A stretch of DNA of 64,000 nucleotides from Candidatus Methylomirabilia bacterium (GTDB taxonomy: Bacteria > Methylomirabilota > Methylomirabilia > Rokubacteriales > CSP1-6). The DNA is taken from assembly GCA_041499965.1 (NCBI GenBank), contig JBGQLG010000008.1:6360-70359 (forward strand), in the 5' to 3' direction. The notes under the pieces were generated by a model that searched no databases, had not been told where the DNA came from, and saw only the letters and a list, made by a program, of their open reading frames with translations. This document shows, piece after piece, positions 47,447 to 56,860 of this stretch. Positions within the stretch are counted from its first letter, which is position 1. Each line of letters opens with the position of its first letter. The translations under genes were made by a program, and so were the position numbers.

Positions 47447-48133
47447 TCAAGATCGTACCGACCGGATCAGCTCGAATGCCTCGGCGTAGGGCAGCCCGAC
47501 CACCGAGCCCCACCGCCGCGCGATGGCGCGCACCGCCTCGCCCGAGCGCGGGTGGGGAAACGGCCGGTGCTCGCCACGGTACCGCTCCAGCGCGGCGACC
47601 TTCAGCTCGATGGTGGACGCCACGTCCTCGAATACCGTGGGCGCGAAGGGCGCGGCCAGCCGGCCGAACGCCCACTCGGTCGACGAGGCGATCTCGAACG
47701 CGTAGAGCTCGCGCACCCGGCCGCCCGGCAGCGGCCGCGTCGCGGTCAGCACCGCCTGGAAGGTCAGCCGGTGGTCGACGTTCAGGTCGCCGGGATGATG
47801 CGTGTAGACGATCTCCGGCTCCAGCTCGCGCACCCACGCCTCGACGCGCTTGACGATGTCGAGGAGCGCGAGCGTGTCGAAGCGATTGTCGGGGAGGTCG
47901 CCGAACGCCACCGACTTGGCGCCCAGCATCCCGGCCACCGCCCGCGCGTCGTCCTGCAGCGCGCCGACCGCGGCCCGATCGCCGCCGGCGCGCTCCGGCG
48001 TGCGAGAGGTGATGCCCTCGCCCAGGATCGCCAGGTGGACGGTGTCACCGGCCGCCGCCCGGCGGGCCGCGGTGGCGCCGACGCCGAGGACCTCATCGTC
48101 GGGATGGGCGGCCACGACCAGGATCACACTCAT
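47447..48133 (-). CDS. PIG-L/LmbE family de-N-acetylase
   Basis: ATGA overlap. Motifs VVAAHPDDEVLG and HPGDLNVDH. Confidence 0.85.
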   Translation of the reverse strand: MSVILVVAAHPDDEVLGVGATAARRAAAGDTVHLAILGEGITSRTPERAGGDRAAVGALQDDARAVAGMLGAKSVAFGDLPDNRFDTLALLDIVKRVEAWVRELEPEIVYTHHPGDLNVDHRLTFQAVLTATRPLPGGRVRELYAFEIASSTEWAFGRLAAPFAPTVFEDVASTIELKVAALERYRGEHRPFPHPRSGEAVRAIARRWGSVVGLPYAEAFELIRSVRS

Positions 48134-49185
48134 CCGCCCGCCTCCAGCGAGTCCAGCAGGCCATCCAGCGCGGCGGGCGGCAGCGCCGACAGGTCGGTGC
48201 GGAAGAACGCCCGCGCCCGCCACAGGCGGGCGGTGGGCCAGCTCCACCACGCCAGTCGCCGCAGCCGCTCGACGACGGCCGGGGGGAAGCGGGAGCGGAT
48301 CAGCCGGGCTGGATTCCCGGCGTAGATCCCGTACGGTTGATCGAGGCTGCTCGTCACGACGCTGCCGGCGCCGATCACGCAGCCGTCGGCGACGCGGACC
48401 CCGGGCAGCACGACCACCCGGGTGCCGAACCACACGTCGTTGCCGATCACGATGTCACCCACCTTGTCGGCCGGCTCGCCCAGGAACGCGTAGGGCCCGC
48501 GGCTCACCGCGAACGTGGTCGGCAGGTGCAGCGTGTGGCGCGAGCCGATGGCCGCGAAGTAGGACGACGTGTGGCAGAACGCGCCCAGGCGGAAGCGGGC
48601 CGTGTACAGGTTCAGCTCGGCGTCGGCGCCCAGCAGCGAGCCGCGCCCGATCTCGACGGCGGCCTCGTTGTGGATCACCGCGCGCGGGTTGATGCGCGCG
48701 CCGTAGCCGAGCACGATCCGCTCGGCGTTGGTGATGATGACCGGCTCGCCCTCCAGGCGCGCGTACCAGCGACCGCCGCCGCCGGTGCCGTCGTCGCCCG
48801 GGTAGTCGTCGTCGAAGGCGGCGACCTGCTCGGCCTGCTCGGCCGAGTTCACCGCGCACAGGCCGCGCTGCCAGGCCCGCACGACGAGCGCGCCGGCGCC
48901 GGCGCCGGCCGCCAGCAACGCGTCGTGGCCGTCGAACAACGCCGGCGCGGGCTCGGGGGCCGCGCGTACCTCGACGGTGCCGGCCGCGCCCGGCGCCAGG
49001 TCGGTGACGAAGCGCCGCAGCGCCTCCACCGCGTCCGTCCGCGCGCCGGGCACGGCCAGCGTGAAGGTGCGCGCCCGGCCGGCGCCGCCCTTCACCAGTG
49101 CGGCCAGCCGCGGGTCAGCCAGCAAGGTGTCGAGCGCGTCGGCGGCGAGCAGGAACCGGGTGAGCGTCAGCCGCGGCGCCGTCAC
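48130..49185 (-). CDS. Hexapeptide-repeat (XAT/CatB/Vat-like) O-acetyltransferase with ~150-aa N-terminal domain of unknown function
   Basis: GTGA overlap. The C-terminal half has IGNDVWFGTRVVVLPGVRVADGCVIGAGSVV and GNPARLIRSRF...LAWWSWP. No family was recognised for the N-terminal half. Confidence 0.75.
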   Translation of the reverse strand: MTAPRLTLTRFLLAADALDTLLADPRLAALVKGGAGRARTFTLAVPGARTDAVEALRRFVTDLAPGAAGTVEVRAAPEPAPALFDGHDALLAAGAGAGALVVRAWQRGLCAVNSAEQAEQVAAFDDDYPGDDGTGGGGRWYARLEGEPVIITNAERIVLGYGARINPRAVIHNEAAVEIGRGSLLGADAELNLYTARFRLGAFCHTSSYFAAIGSRHTLHLPTTFAVSRGPYAFLGEPADKVGDIVIGNDVWFGTRVVVLPGVRVADGCVIGAGSVVTSSLDQPYGIYAGNPARLIRSRFPPAVVERLRRLAWWSWPTARLWRARAFFRTDLSALPPAALDGLLDSLEAGG

Positions 49186-50912
49186 GGCCCTTTCCTCAGC
49201 ACGAAGTCGTCGAGCACGAGGACGTCGAGGCCGGTGCCGCCGAAGCAGCGGAGCGCGTCGCGCGGCGAGCACACGATCGGCTCACCCTGCACGTTGAACG
49301 ACGTGTTGATCAGCACCGGGTGGCCGGTGCGGCGGCCGAACGCCGTCAGCAGGTTGTGGAAGCGCGGATTGTGCTCGCGATAGACCGTCTGCGGCCGAGC
49401 GGTGCCGTCGACGTGGACCACGGAGGGCACCCGGTCGCGAAACTCCGCCCGGACGGGATAGGCCAGGATCATATAGTCGCTCGCGCTTCCGTGGTCGAAG
49501 TACGTGCGGTAGTCCTCGACCGGCAGCGACGGGCAGAACGGCCGCCAGCTCTCCCGGTGCTTCACCTCCCGGTTCAGCTTGTCCTTCATGTCGGGGAAGA
49601 GCGGGCTGGCCAGGATCGAGCGGTTGCCCAGCGCGCGGGCCCCGACCTCCATGCGTCCCTGCAGCCAGCCCACGATGCGGCCGGTGGCGAGATCCTGCGC
49701 GATCTCCTCGACGACGGAGGCCGAGCGCCGGTAGGGCAGCTTGGACTCGCGAATCGCGCCCTCGATCTCGGCGGCGGTGTAGGCCGGACCCCAGTAGGCG
49801 TGGCGCATGCGCTCGAAGCCGGTGGCGCCCGCGCGCTGGGCCAGCACCCAGGCGGCGCCCAGCGCGATCCCGTTGTCGGCCGAGGCCGGCTGCACGAAGA
49901 TCTCCCCCACCTCGTCGAGGAGCGAGAGCTTGCCGTTCATGCAGCAATTCATGGCCACGCCGCCGGCCAGGCACAGGGAGCGCACGCCCGTCAGGCCGAC
50001 CAGCGTGCGCACGAGCCCCGTCACCACCTGCTCGAGCCGCCACTGCACGTTGAAGGCGAGGTCGCGATGCGCGTCCTCGATGGGCTGGTGGCCGAGCCGC
50101 GGCTTGCCGAAGACGTCCACGAAGCGATCGGTGAAGCGCCGCCCGTACGTGCGCGACCCCAGGTAGCGCAGGTAGGGGTTCGTGCGAAACTCGCCGGTGG
50201 CGCCGTCGTAGGGCAGGATCTCGTCGAGCTTGGCCTGCAGCGCCTCGGAGTAGCGGCCGTAGGAGGCCAGCCCCATCAGCTTGCCCTCGTCCTGGTAGGC
50301 GCGGAACCCGAGGAACTCGGTGAAGGTCGCGTAGTAGCCGCCCAGGCTGTGCGGCAGCTTCACGCTGCGGAGCTCCTTGATGCGGTCGCCCGCGCCGTGC
50401 CACATGAACGTCGAGAACTCCTCACCGCTGCCGTCCACGGTGAGGATCGAGGCCTCGCCGAAGCCGGAGGCGTAGTAGGTGCTGGCCGCGTGGCAGAGGT
50501 GGTGGGGGATGAAGCGCACGCGCTCGGCGTCGAAATACACCCCGCGCTGGGCCAGCGCCTGCTTGAGATCGGTGCGGATCCGCGTGGGGTGATAGAGGTT
50601 GAGGAGGTACTCCTCCTGCAGCCGGTTGTAGTCGTCGGGATCCGGGTACGTCGCGCGCGTCTCGTCGTAGAAGCGCGGCATCGCGTCGATGTAGCGGTCC
50701 GACTCCCAGCCGAAGCCGATGCCGTCCACGGCGTCGAGATCGATGCCACCCTCGCCCAGGCAGTACAGCAGGGAGGCGACGGGCAGGCTGTTGGGCGCGG
50801 TCTTGATCCGGTTGAACCGCTCCTCCTCGGCGAACGCGACGATGCGGCCGCCGCGGACGAGCGCCGCCGACGGGTTGGGGCCGTAGCCGAACAGGCCGAG
50901 GTAGTAGCCCAT
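49182..50912 (-). CDS. Carbamoyltransferase (NodU/CmcH family)
   Basis: 576 aa. Motifs HHLCHAAS, LCLAGGVAMNC, GNRSILA and NTSFN are typical of the family. Confidence 0.85.
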   Translation of the reverse strand: MGYYLGLFGYGPNPSAALVRGGRIVAFAEEERFNRIKTAPNSLPVASLLYCLGEGGIDLDAVDGIGFGWESDRYIDAMPRFYDETRATYPDPDDYNRLQEEYLLNLYHPTRIRTDLKQALAQRGVYFDAERVRFIPHHLCHAASTYYASGFGEASILTVDGSGEEFSTFMWHGAGDRIKELRSVKLPHSLGGYYATFTEFLGFRAYQDEGKLMGLASYGRYSEALQAKLDEILPYDGATGEFRTNPYLRYLGSRTYGRRFTDRFVDVFGKPRLGHQPIEDAHRDLAFNVQWRLEQVVTGLVRTLVGLTGVRSLCLAGGVAMNCCMNGKLSLLDEVGEIFVQPASADNGIALGAAWVLAQRAGATGFERMRHAYWGPAYTAAEIEGAIRESKLPYRRSASVVEEIAQDLATGRIVGWLQGRMEVGARALGNRSILASPLFPDMKDKLNREVKHRESWRPFCPSLPVEDYRTYFDHGSASDYMILAYPVRAEFRDRVPSVVHVDGTARPQTVYREHNPRFHNLLTAFGRRTGHPVLINTSFNVQGEPIVCSPRDALRCFGGTGLDVLVLDDFVLRKGP

Positions 50913-50914
50913 CG

Positions 50915-51358
50915 TCAGGCCCCGGCCACGCGCAGCTCCAGCACGACCGCCTCCTCGCCGCCCCGATGCTCGACGCCGACCGACTCGAAGCCGCACGCCC
51001 GGAACATGGCCAGCGAGCGCACGTTGTGGGCGAGCACGGTCGCCCGCGGCCGCACGTCGGTGCGCTCCGCCCGCAGCGCGCGCACGGCCTGGCTCAGCAT
51101 GGCGCGGCCCTGGCCGTGGCCGCGACGCTCGGGCGCCACCGCGACGTCGATCTCGGCCACGTCGCCGTCGAGGTCGAAGCGCACCTGCCCCACCGGCCCA
51201 GCGGCGTCGGCGAAGATCCACAGCCGGGTCGCGTCGGAGTCCAGGCGCTGCCGCAGCCACGCCACGTGGGCGTCGTAGGGGATCGGCGCCTTGCTGAACG
51301 CGTGGCGCCGCGTCTCGGCGTCGTTGGCCCAGCGCCAGAGCAGCGCCGCGTCGTCCAT
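50915..51358 (-). CDS. pseH: GNAT N-acetyltransferase, PseH-like
   Basis: 147 aa. The N-terminus is LLWRWANDAETRRHAF and the acetyl-CoA motif is RRGHGQGRAML. It lies adjacent to pseI. ATG 51358 was chosen over the overlapping 51385. Confidence 0.6.
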   Translation of the reverse strand: MDDAALLWRWANDAETRRHAFSKAPIPYDAHVAWLRQRLDSDATRLWIFADAAGPVGQVRFDLDGDVAEIDVAVAPERRGHGQGRAMLSQAVRALRAERTDVRPRATVLAHNVRSLAMFRACGFESVGVEHRGGEEAVVLELRVAGA

Positions 51359-51365
51359 GGCCGCC

Positions 51366-52427
51366 TCACGCCGGCTCAGCGCCATCCTCCACCATCGCCG
51401 CGGTGATCGGCGCGTCGGCCGCGATCGCCCGCGCCGCCCGCCGCCCCAGCAGCGTCGGATACGCGGTGGGCGGCAGGCCGGGTGCGTTGACGCCGTTGCG
51501 GAGCACGCGGGCGTTGTCGGCCGAGAACGCCTCGCCGGCGCCGATGGGCCGAATGGCGAACACCGAGCGCAGCGCGAACTGGCGCAACTCGTTCTCGACC
51601 GGCTGGAGCTTCTTGTCCCCGGTGCCCAGCACCGCCTCGGCCTGGTGCACCGCCCGCACCAGCTCCTTCAGCTCGTGCGGCTCGACGGCGAAGCGCTGGT
51701 CGGGGCCGGGCATCCGGTTGCTCAGCGTGAAGTGCTTCTCGATCACGCAGGCGCCCAGCGCGACGGCGACGACCGGCGCGATGACCGGGTCGCGCGAGTG
51801 GTCGGAGAGGCCGACGAGGTGGCCGGTGGCCTGGGCCAGGGTCACGATCGCGCGCGCGTTGACCGCCCCGGGCGGCGTGGGATAGGCGGCCGTGCACTGC
51901 AGCACCACGAGATCACGGTTGCCCACCTCGCGGGCGACGTCGAGCAGCGGCCGCACCTCGTCGAGCGTGTGGGCGCCGGTCGAGGCGAACACCGGTTTGC
52001 CGCGGGCGAGCACCGCACGGGCCAGCGGCAGGTGGCTCATCTCGTACGAGGCCAGCTTGAAGGCCGGCACGTAGGGGTCGAGCAGCTCCACCCATTCCTC
52101 GTCGAACGGCGTGCAGAGGAAATGGACGCCACGGGCGCGGCAGTGGTCGGCCAGCGTGGGCAGCCACGCCGGCGACAGCTCCATCGCCTCGATGATGTCG
52201 TAGATCGGACGCGGATCGTTCAGGTAGTCCGACATCCCGGCCGTGCGCGGATACAGCGTGCGGGCCCGGAACCCCTGGAACTTCACGGCGTCGGCGCCGG
52301 CCTCGGCCGCCACGTCGATGAGGGCCAGCGCCTGCTCGAGGTTGCCGTTGTGGTTGGAGCCGGCCTCGGCGATGACGTAGCAGGGCTCGCCGGTGCCGAT
52401 CCACCGCTCGCCGACCTTGATCCTCAT
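51366..52427 (-). CDS. pseI: NeuB-family nonulosonic acid synthase (pseudaminic acid synthase-like)
   Basis: ATGA overlap. Motifs VIAEAGSNHNG, DAVKFQ and GLSDHS, with a C-terminal SAF/AFP-like domain. Confidence 0.8.
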   Translation of the reverse strand: MRIKVGERWIGTGEPCYVIAEAGSNHNGNLEQALALIDVAAEAGADAVKFQGFRARTLYPRTAGMSDYLNDPRPIYDIIEAMELSPAWLPTLADHCRARGVHFLCTPFDEEWVELLDPYVPAFKLASYEMSHLPLARAVLARGKPVFASTGAHTLDEVRPLLDVAREVGNRDLVVLQCTAAYPTPPGAVNARAIVTLAQATGHLVGLSDHSRDPVIAPVVAVALGACVIEKHFTLSNRMPGPDQRFAVEPHELKELVRAVHQAEAVLGTGDKKLQPVENELRQFALRSVFAIRPIGAGEAFSADNARVLRNGVNAPGLPPTAYPTLLGRRAARAIAADAPITAAMVEDGAEPA

Positions 52428-53701
52428 CGTGGGCCTCCGCCGCCCTCGTTCAGCGAGGACGCCAGATCGAGCAGGCGGTCCGACGCCTTGCCGTCGTCGA
52501 ATCCCACGAACTTCTCGAGATAGTGCGCGCGCGCGGCCGGCTCGAGCGGAAAGTCGGCCAGCCGGCGGCGGGGGAAGTCGGCGACCATCTGCTCGACGCT
52601 CAGCGGATAGGTCACGCCCGGGAAGCTGAAGCTGCTGCCGGGTTCCGTCGACAGAAACCACTCCCGCCAGATCGGCGGGAAGCCGAGATCGTCGCCGTCG
52701 GCCGTCACGCAGATCGACGGTACGGCCGCGTAGGCCGCCTCGTAGGCCACCGTGCTGAAGAAGTGCAGGCAGAGCGAGGCGATGCTCATCAGCTCGAGGA
52801 TCGTGGCCGGGTAGTCCGTCTGCTCGTAGAGCACGTGATCAGCCACCCGGGCCAGGTAGTCGGCCACGCGGTCCTTGGGCCGCGCCTTGACGACGAGGGC
52901 GGCGCCGTTGGCATCGCAGAAGGCGCGCACGGCCTTCACCACGCCGCGGTCGTCCCAACCGCCGTCGATGTGGCGCGCATACCGGCGCCCGCGTCCGAGT
53001 CGTGTGGCCAGCCGCTGGTGCAGCCGGCGCGCGCCGTAGACGTGATGGACCCAGAACGTCCGCGGGTTGCTCTGAAATGGGAACGGACAGTACACGACGA
53101 CGGGGACGCGGGCGTCGAGGCGGAGCCGGCCGCGCACCGCGGCGGGATCGATCGCGTGGAACTGATCCATCTCCGGAAATCCGACCACGGCCGCCCGGCG
53201 CCGCATCGTCGCCGCCACCGCCCCGTCGTCGATCGGCGCCGCCTCCCGGCCGAGCGCGCGAGCCCGGTTGAACTCGAGAATCCGCAGCGAGTCGGCGGCC
53301 CGGGCGCGCCAGTGCTCGGTGTGCACGCCGATCGCGTCGAAGGCCGTGCGACCGTGCGCATCCACCATGCCCCCGAGGTCGAGCGTGTACTGCAGACCGA
53401 GCCAGCGCGCGCGGCCGCCGGACGCCAGGCCCGACGGCGGTCGCAGCGTGACGACGACGTCGCGGTCCGCGTCGGCCAGCAGCCTGTCGAGACCGGCGTC
53501 GCCGGAGTACGGCCGCCGGCGCGGCTGGCCCTGGCGGAACGCCGGGGCCGCCTCGCGCTGCTCGCGCGCCCGCCGGCCCTTGAGCGCTTCGTCGCCGGCC
53601 TCCCAGCACTCGGTGTCCCAGCCGCGAGCCAGCGCGCGATCGACGACGGGGCCGAGGAGCCGGTAGTAGTTGCGCCGCTGGACGAGGAACGCGATTTTCA
53701 T
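52424..53701 (-). CDS. Hypothetical protein, possible GT-B-fold (TagF/capsule-type) transferase
   Basis: 425 aa with ATGA overlaps at both ends. The C-terminal half (VVVYCPFPF...VVKARPKD...ELMSIASLCLHFFSTVAYEAAYAAVP) resembles TagB/F-like or sialyltransferase-like GT-B domains. The call is weak. Confidence 0.4.
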   Translation of the reverse strand: MKIAFLVQRRNYYRLLGPVVDRALARGWDTECWEAGDEALKGRRAREQREAAPAFRQGQPRRRPYSGDAGLDRLLADADRDVVVTLRPPSGLASGGRARWLGLQYTLDLGGMVDAHGRTAFDAIGVHTEHWRARAADSLRILEFNRARALGREAAPIDDGAVAATMRRRAAVVGFPEMDQFHAIDPAAVRGRLRLDARVPVVVYCPFPFQSNPRTFWVHHVYGARRLHQRLATRLGRGRRYARHIDGGWDDRGVVKAVRAFCDANGAALVVKARPKDRVADYLARVADHVLYEQTDYPATILELMSIASLCLHFFSTVAYEAAYAAVPSICVTADGDDLGFPPIWREWFLSTEPGSSFSFPGVTYPLSVEQMVADFPRRRLADFPLEPAARAHYLEKFVGFDDGKASDRLLDLASSLNEGGGGPR

Positions 53702-54678
53702 CGGGCGCCCTCCGCCAGACCCACCGCGCCGCACGCGCTCAGGATCGCCGTCGCCGCGCGGCCGGCTCCCCGCCCGTCCACGGCGTTGCGCCCGCGCGCG
53801 GCGAGCGTCCGACGGAGCGTCGCGTCGCCCGCCACGCGCGCGATCGCCGCCTCCAGCGACCGCTCGGCGGCCACGATGAGCCCGGCGCGCGCCATCTCAC
53901 CGACGTTGAGCGTCTGGTTGTCGGCCAGCACCGTCGCCACCACGGGCACGCCCGAGGCCAGGCACTCGTAGAGCGTCATCCCGCCGCCGCTCACGACCAC
54001 GTCGGCACGCGCGATGAGCGGCCGCAGCGAGGGCAGCCCGCGATGCACGGTGACCGGGCCGCCGGCGAGCTCCGGCGTCGGCACGACCGTGGCCACGTCG
54101 ATCGCCGCCGCGGGCACGGCGCGCCGCACCGCCGCGACGGCCGTCGCCAGCAGCGGCGCCGTATCGGCGTCGCCCCCGAGCGTCACCAGCACACGCCGGA
54201 CCGCGTCCACCGGCGCGCGGGTCACCGGCTCGCCGAACGCGGGATCGAGCAGCGCGTACTGGGGACCGAGCAGCCGCACCGTGTCGGGATCGGTGCGATA
54301 GGCCAGGCGCGCCGCGGGCCAGCCACCGTTGACGACGATCGAGACCGGCAACACGCGGTCGGCGAGGTCGTCCACCGCGACGACGCACGGGACCTGGGCG
54401 CGGAGATCGCGCAGCATCGCCTCGTCGGCTCGATAGGAATCGACGACCACGGCGTCGGGACGTCGCGCGTCGAGAGCCGCGCGCAGCGCCGATCGGTCGG
54501 CGAGCCAGTCGAGCGCCACGGCCGGCGCCGGCTCCCATCCCTCGCCGGCGACGCGCAGATCCACGGTGGCGCCGGCGGCCGCCAGCGCCGTCGCCAGGGC
54601 CTGGCAGCGGCGCAGGTGCCCGAGGCCGACGCCGCGGCCCGCCTCGGCCAGGACGGTGACGACGGGCCCCGGGGTCAT
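53698..54678 (-). CDS. pseG: PseG/SpsG-like UDP-sugar hydrolase (GT28 C-terminal-like fold)
   Basis: ATGA overlaps. N-terminus GRGVGLGHLRRCQALA and C-terminus VVSGGGMTLYECLASGVP. Confidence 0.7.
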   Translation of the reverse strand: MTPGPVVTVLAEAGRGVGLGHLRRCQALATALAAAGATVDLRVAGEGWEPAPAVALDWLADRSALRAALDARRPDAVVVDSYRADEAMLRDLRAQVPCVVAVDDLADRVLPVSIVVNGGWPAARLAYRTDPDTVRLLGPQYALLDPAFGEPVTRAPVDAVRRVLVTLGGDADTAPLLATAVAAVRRAVPAAAIDVATVVPTPELAGGPVTVHRGLPSLRPLIARADVVVSGGGMTLYECLASGVPVVATVLADNQTLNVGEMARAGLIVAAERSLEAAIARVAGDATLRRTLAARGRNAVDGRGAGRAATAILSACGAVGLAEGAR

Positions 54679-55865
54679 CGCTGGTAGTGCCCCAGGACCT
54701 TCCACAGCGCGGCCACGACGTCCTCGACGTCGGCGTCGGTCATGCCGGGGAAGATGGGCAGCGAGAAGATGCGAGACGTCGCGTCCTCGGCGACCGGGCA
54801 CAGCCCGCGGGCATAGCCCAGCCGTGCGTAGTAGGGATGCCAGTACGCCGGCACGTAGTGCATCGTCACGCCGATGCCCTCGGCTCGCAACGCGGTGAAC
54901 ACCGCGTCGCGTCCCACGCGCAGCCGTGGGGGCTCGACCAGCACCGGGAAGATGTGCCAGGCGTGCCGCACGTCGGGCGCAATGCGCGGCACCGCCAGCC
55001 CGGGCAGGTCCTTCAGCGCGACGACGTACCGCTCGGCGATCGCCTCGCGCTTGGCCAGGAACTGGCCGAGCTTGGGGAGCTGCGAGAGGCCCAGCGCGCA
55101 CTGGATGTCGGTCAGGCGGTAGTTGAACCCCAGATCGACCATCGGCGACCACAGCGCGCCGCTGGCCTGGCGATCGGCGCTGTCGACGGCAATGCCGTGG
55201 TTGCGGAACCGGCGCAGCCGCCGGGCCAGCTCGTCGTCGTCGGTCGTCACCACGCCGCCCTCCCCGGTGGTCACGTGCTTGACGGGATGGAGGCTGAAGA
55301 TCGTCAGGTCGCTCAGCGAGCCGACCGGCCGCCCGGCCGCCTCGGCCCCGAGCGCGTGGGCGGCGTCCTCGACGACGAGCACGCCCCGCCGGCGGGCCAG
55401 CGCCCGGAGGGTGTCGAGCTCGCACGGCTGGCCGGCGAAGTCCACCGGCGCCAGCACGCGCGTCTTCGGGGTCAGCGCGGCCTCGGCACACGCGGGATCG
55501 AGGTTCAGCGTGTCGGCGCGGATGTCGGCAAAGACGGGCCGCGCGCCGAGATAGAGGGCGGCGTTGGACGTGCCCACGAAGGTCAGCGGCGTGGTCACGA
55601 CCTCGTCGCCGGCGCCGACGCCCGCCGCGAACATCGCCGCGTGCAGCGCCGCCGTCCCCGAGCTGACCGCCACGGCGTGGCGGGCGCCCACCCGCGCCGC
55701 GAAGCAGGCCTCGAACTCGGCCACCGTGGGCCCGGTGGTGAGGAACGTCCCGCGCAGCACCGCGGTCACGGCGGCGACGTCGTCGTCGCCGATGAGCTGG
55801 CGACCGTACGGCAGCAGGGCGGCCCGCACCGGCCGTCCCCCCTCGATGGCCAGGCGCTCACCCAC
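54675..55865 (-). CDS. pseC: DegT/DnrJ/EryC1 aminotransferase, PseC-like
   Basis: The PLP-lysine motif is FSLHPVKHVTTGEGG. It also has DAAHALGA. Confidence 0.8.
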   Translation of the reverse strand: MGERLAIEGGRPVRAALLPYGRQLIGDDDVAAVTAVLRGTFLTTGPTVAEFEACFAARVGARHAVAVSSGTAALHAAMFAAGVGAGDEVVTTPLTFVGTSNAALYLGARPVFADIRADTLNLDPACAEAALTPKTRVLAPVDFAGQPCELDTLRALARRRGVLVVEDAAHALGAEAAGRPVGSLSDLTIFSLHPVKHVTTGEGGVVTTDDDELARRLRRFRNHGIAVDSADRQASGALWSPMVDLGFNYRLTDIQCALGLSQLPKLGQFLAKREAIAERYVVALKDLPGLAVPRIAPDVRHAWHIFPVLVEPPRLRVGRDAVFTALRAEGIGVTMHYVPAYWHPYYARLGYARGLCPVAEDATSRIFSLPIFPGMTDADVEDVVAALWKVLGHYQR

Positions 55866-56844
55866 GCGCCAGCTCCTGCATCTGGGCCGGCGACAGCCAG
55901 TGCCCGTTGGTCTCGCTCGAGTAGCGGAAGCCGGTGCCCGGCCGCTTGCCGCCCTCCAACCCGGTGAAGGCCCACGAGGGATAGATCGGCTCCAGCACGA
56001 ACATGTCGTCGTGCTCGACGACCTGGCGGCTCTCCTCCTCGGCGATGAGCGTCTCGTGCAGCTTCTCGCCGGGGCGGATGCCGATCACGTCCACCCGGCA
56101 GCCGGGCGCCACCGAGTCGACCAGGTCGAGGATTCGCATGCTGGGGATCTTGGGCACGAAGATCTCGCCGCCGTGCATCAGCTCCGTGCAGCGGACGGCG
56201 AAGCCCACGCCCTCCTCCAGACGCAGCCAGAAGCGCGTCATGCCGGGATCCGTCACCGTGACCGTGCCCGTCGCTCGCTGGGCGGCGAACAGCGGGATGA
56301 CGCTCCCGCGGCTGCCGATGACGTTGCCGTACCGGACCACGCTGAAGATCGTGCCGCGGCCGTAGCCGTAGGCGTTGCCCTGCACGAAGAGCTTCTCGGC
56401 GCAGAGCTTGGTGGCACCGTACAGGTTGATCGGGTTGACCGCCTTGTCGGTGCTGATGGCCATCACCCGCTTGACGCCCTGGTCGATGGCGGCGTCGATG
56501 ACGTTCTGGGCGCCGATGACGTTGGTCTGGATGGCCTCGAACGGATTGTACTCGCAGGAGGGGATCTGCTTGAGCGCCGCGGCGTGGACGACCACGTCGA
56601 TGCCGTGCATGGCCCGCTGCAGCCGGTCGCGATCGCGGACGTCGCCGACGAAGAAGCGCAGCGAGGGATGCTTGAGCCGCGCCATCATCTCCGACTGCTT
56701 GAGCTCGTCGCGGCTGAAGACGACCAGCCGGCGCGGCCGGTATCGTTCCAGCATGACGTCGACAAACTTGTTGCCGAACGACCCGGTACCCCCGGTCACC
56801 AGCACCGCCGCCTCGCTCCAGTCGAGCGCGCCCCTCACCGTCAC
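55858..56844 (-). CDS. pseB: UDP-N-acetylglucosamine 4,6-dehydratase (inverting), PseB-like
   Basis: Motifs VLVTGGTGSFG, HAAALKQIPSCEYNP and STDKAVNPINLYGATK. Confidence 0.85.
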   Translation of the reverse strand: MTVRGALDWSEAAVLVTGGTGSFGNKFVDVMLERYRPRRLVVFSRDELKQSEMMARLKHPSLRFFVGDVRDRDRLQRAMHGIDVVVHAAALKQIPSCEYNPFEAIQTNVIGAQNVIDAAIDQGVKRVMAISTDKAVNPINLYGATKLCAEKLFVQGNAYGYGRGTIFSVVRYGNVIGSRGSVIPLFAAQRATGTVTVTDPGMTRFWLRLEEGVGFAVRCTELMHGGEIFVPKIPSMRILDLVDSVAPGCRVDVIGIRPGEKLHETLIAEEESRQVVEHDDMFVLEPIYPSWAFTGLEGGKRPGTGFRYSSETNGHWLSPAQMQELARG

Positions 56845-56860
56845 GGGTCCCCCGCCGCGC

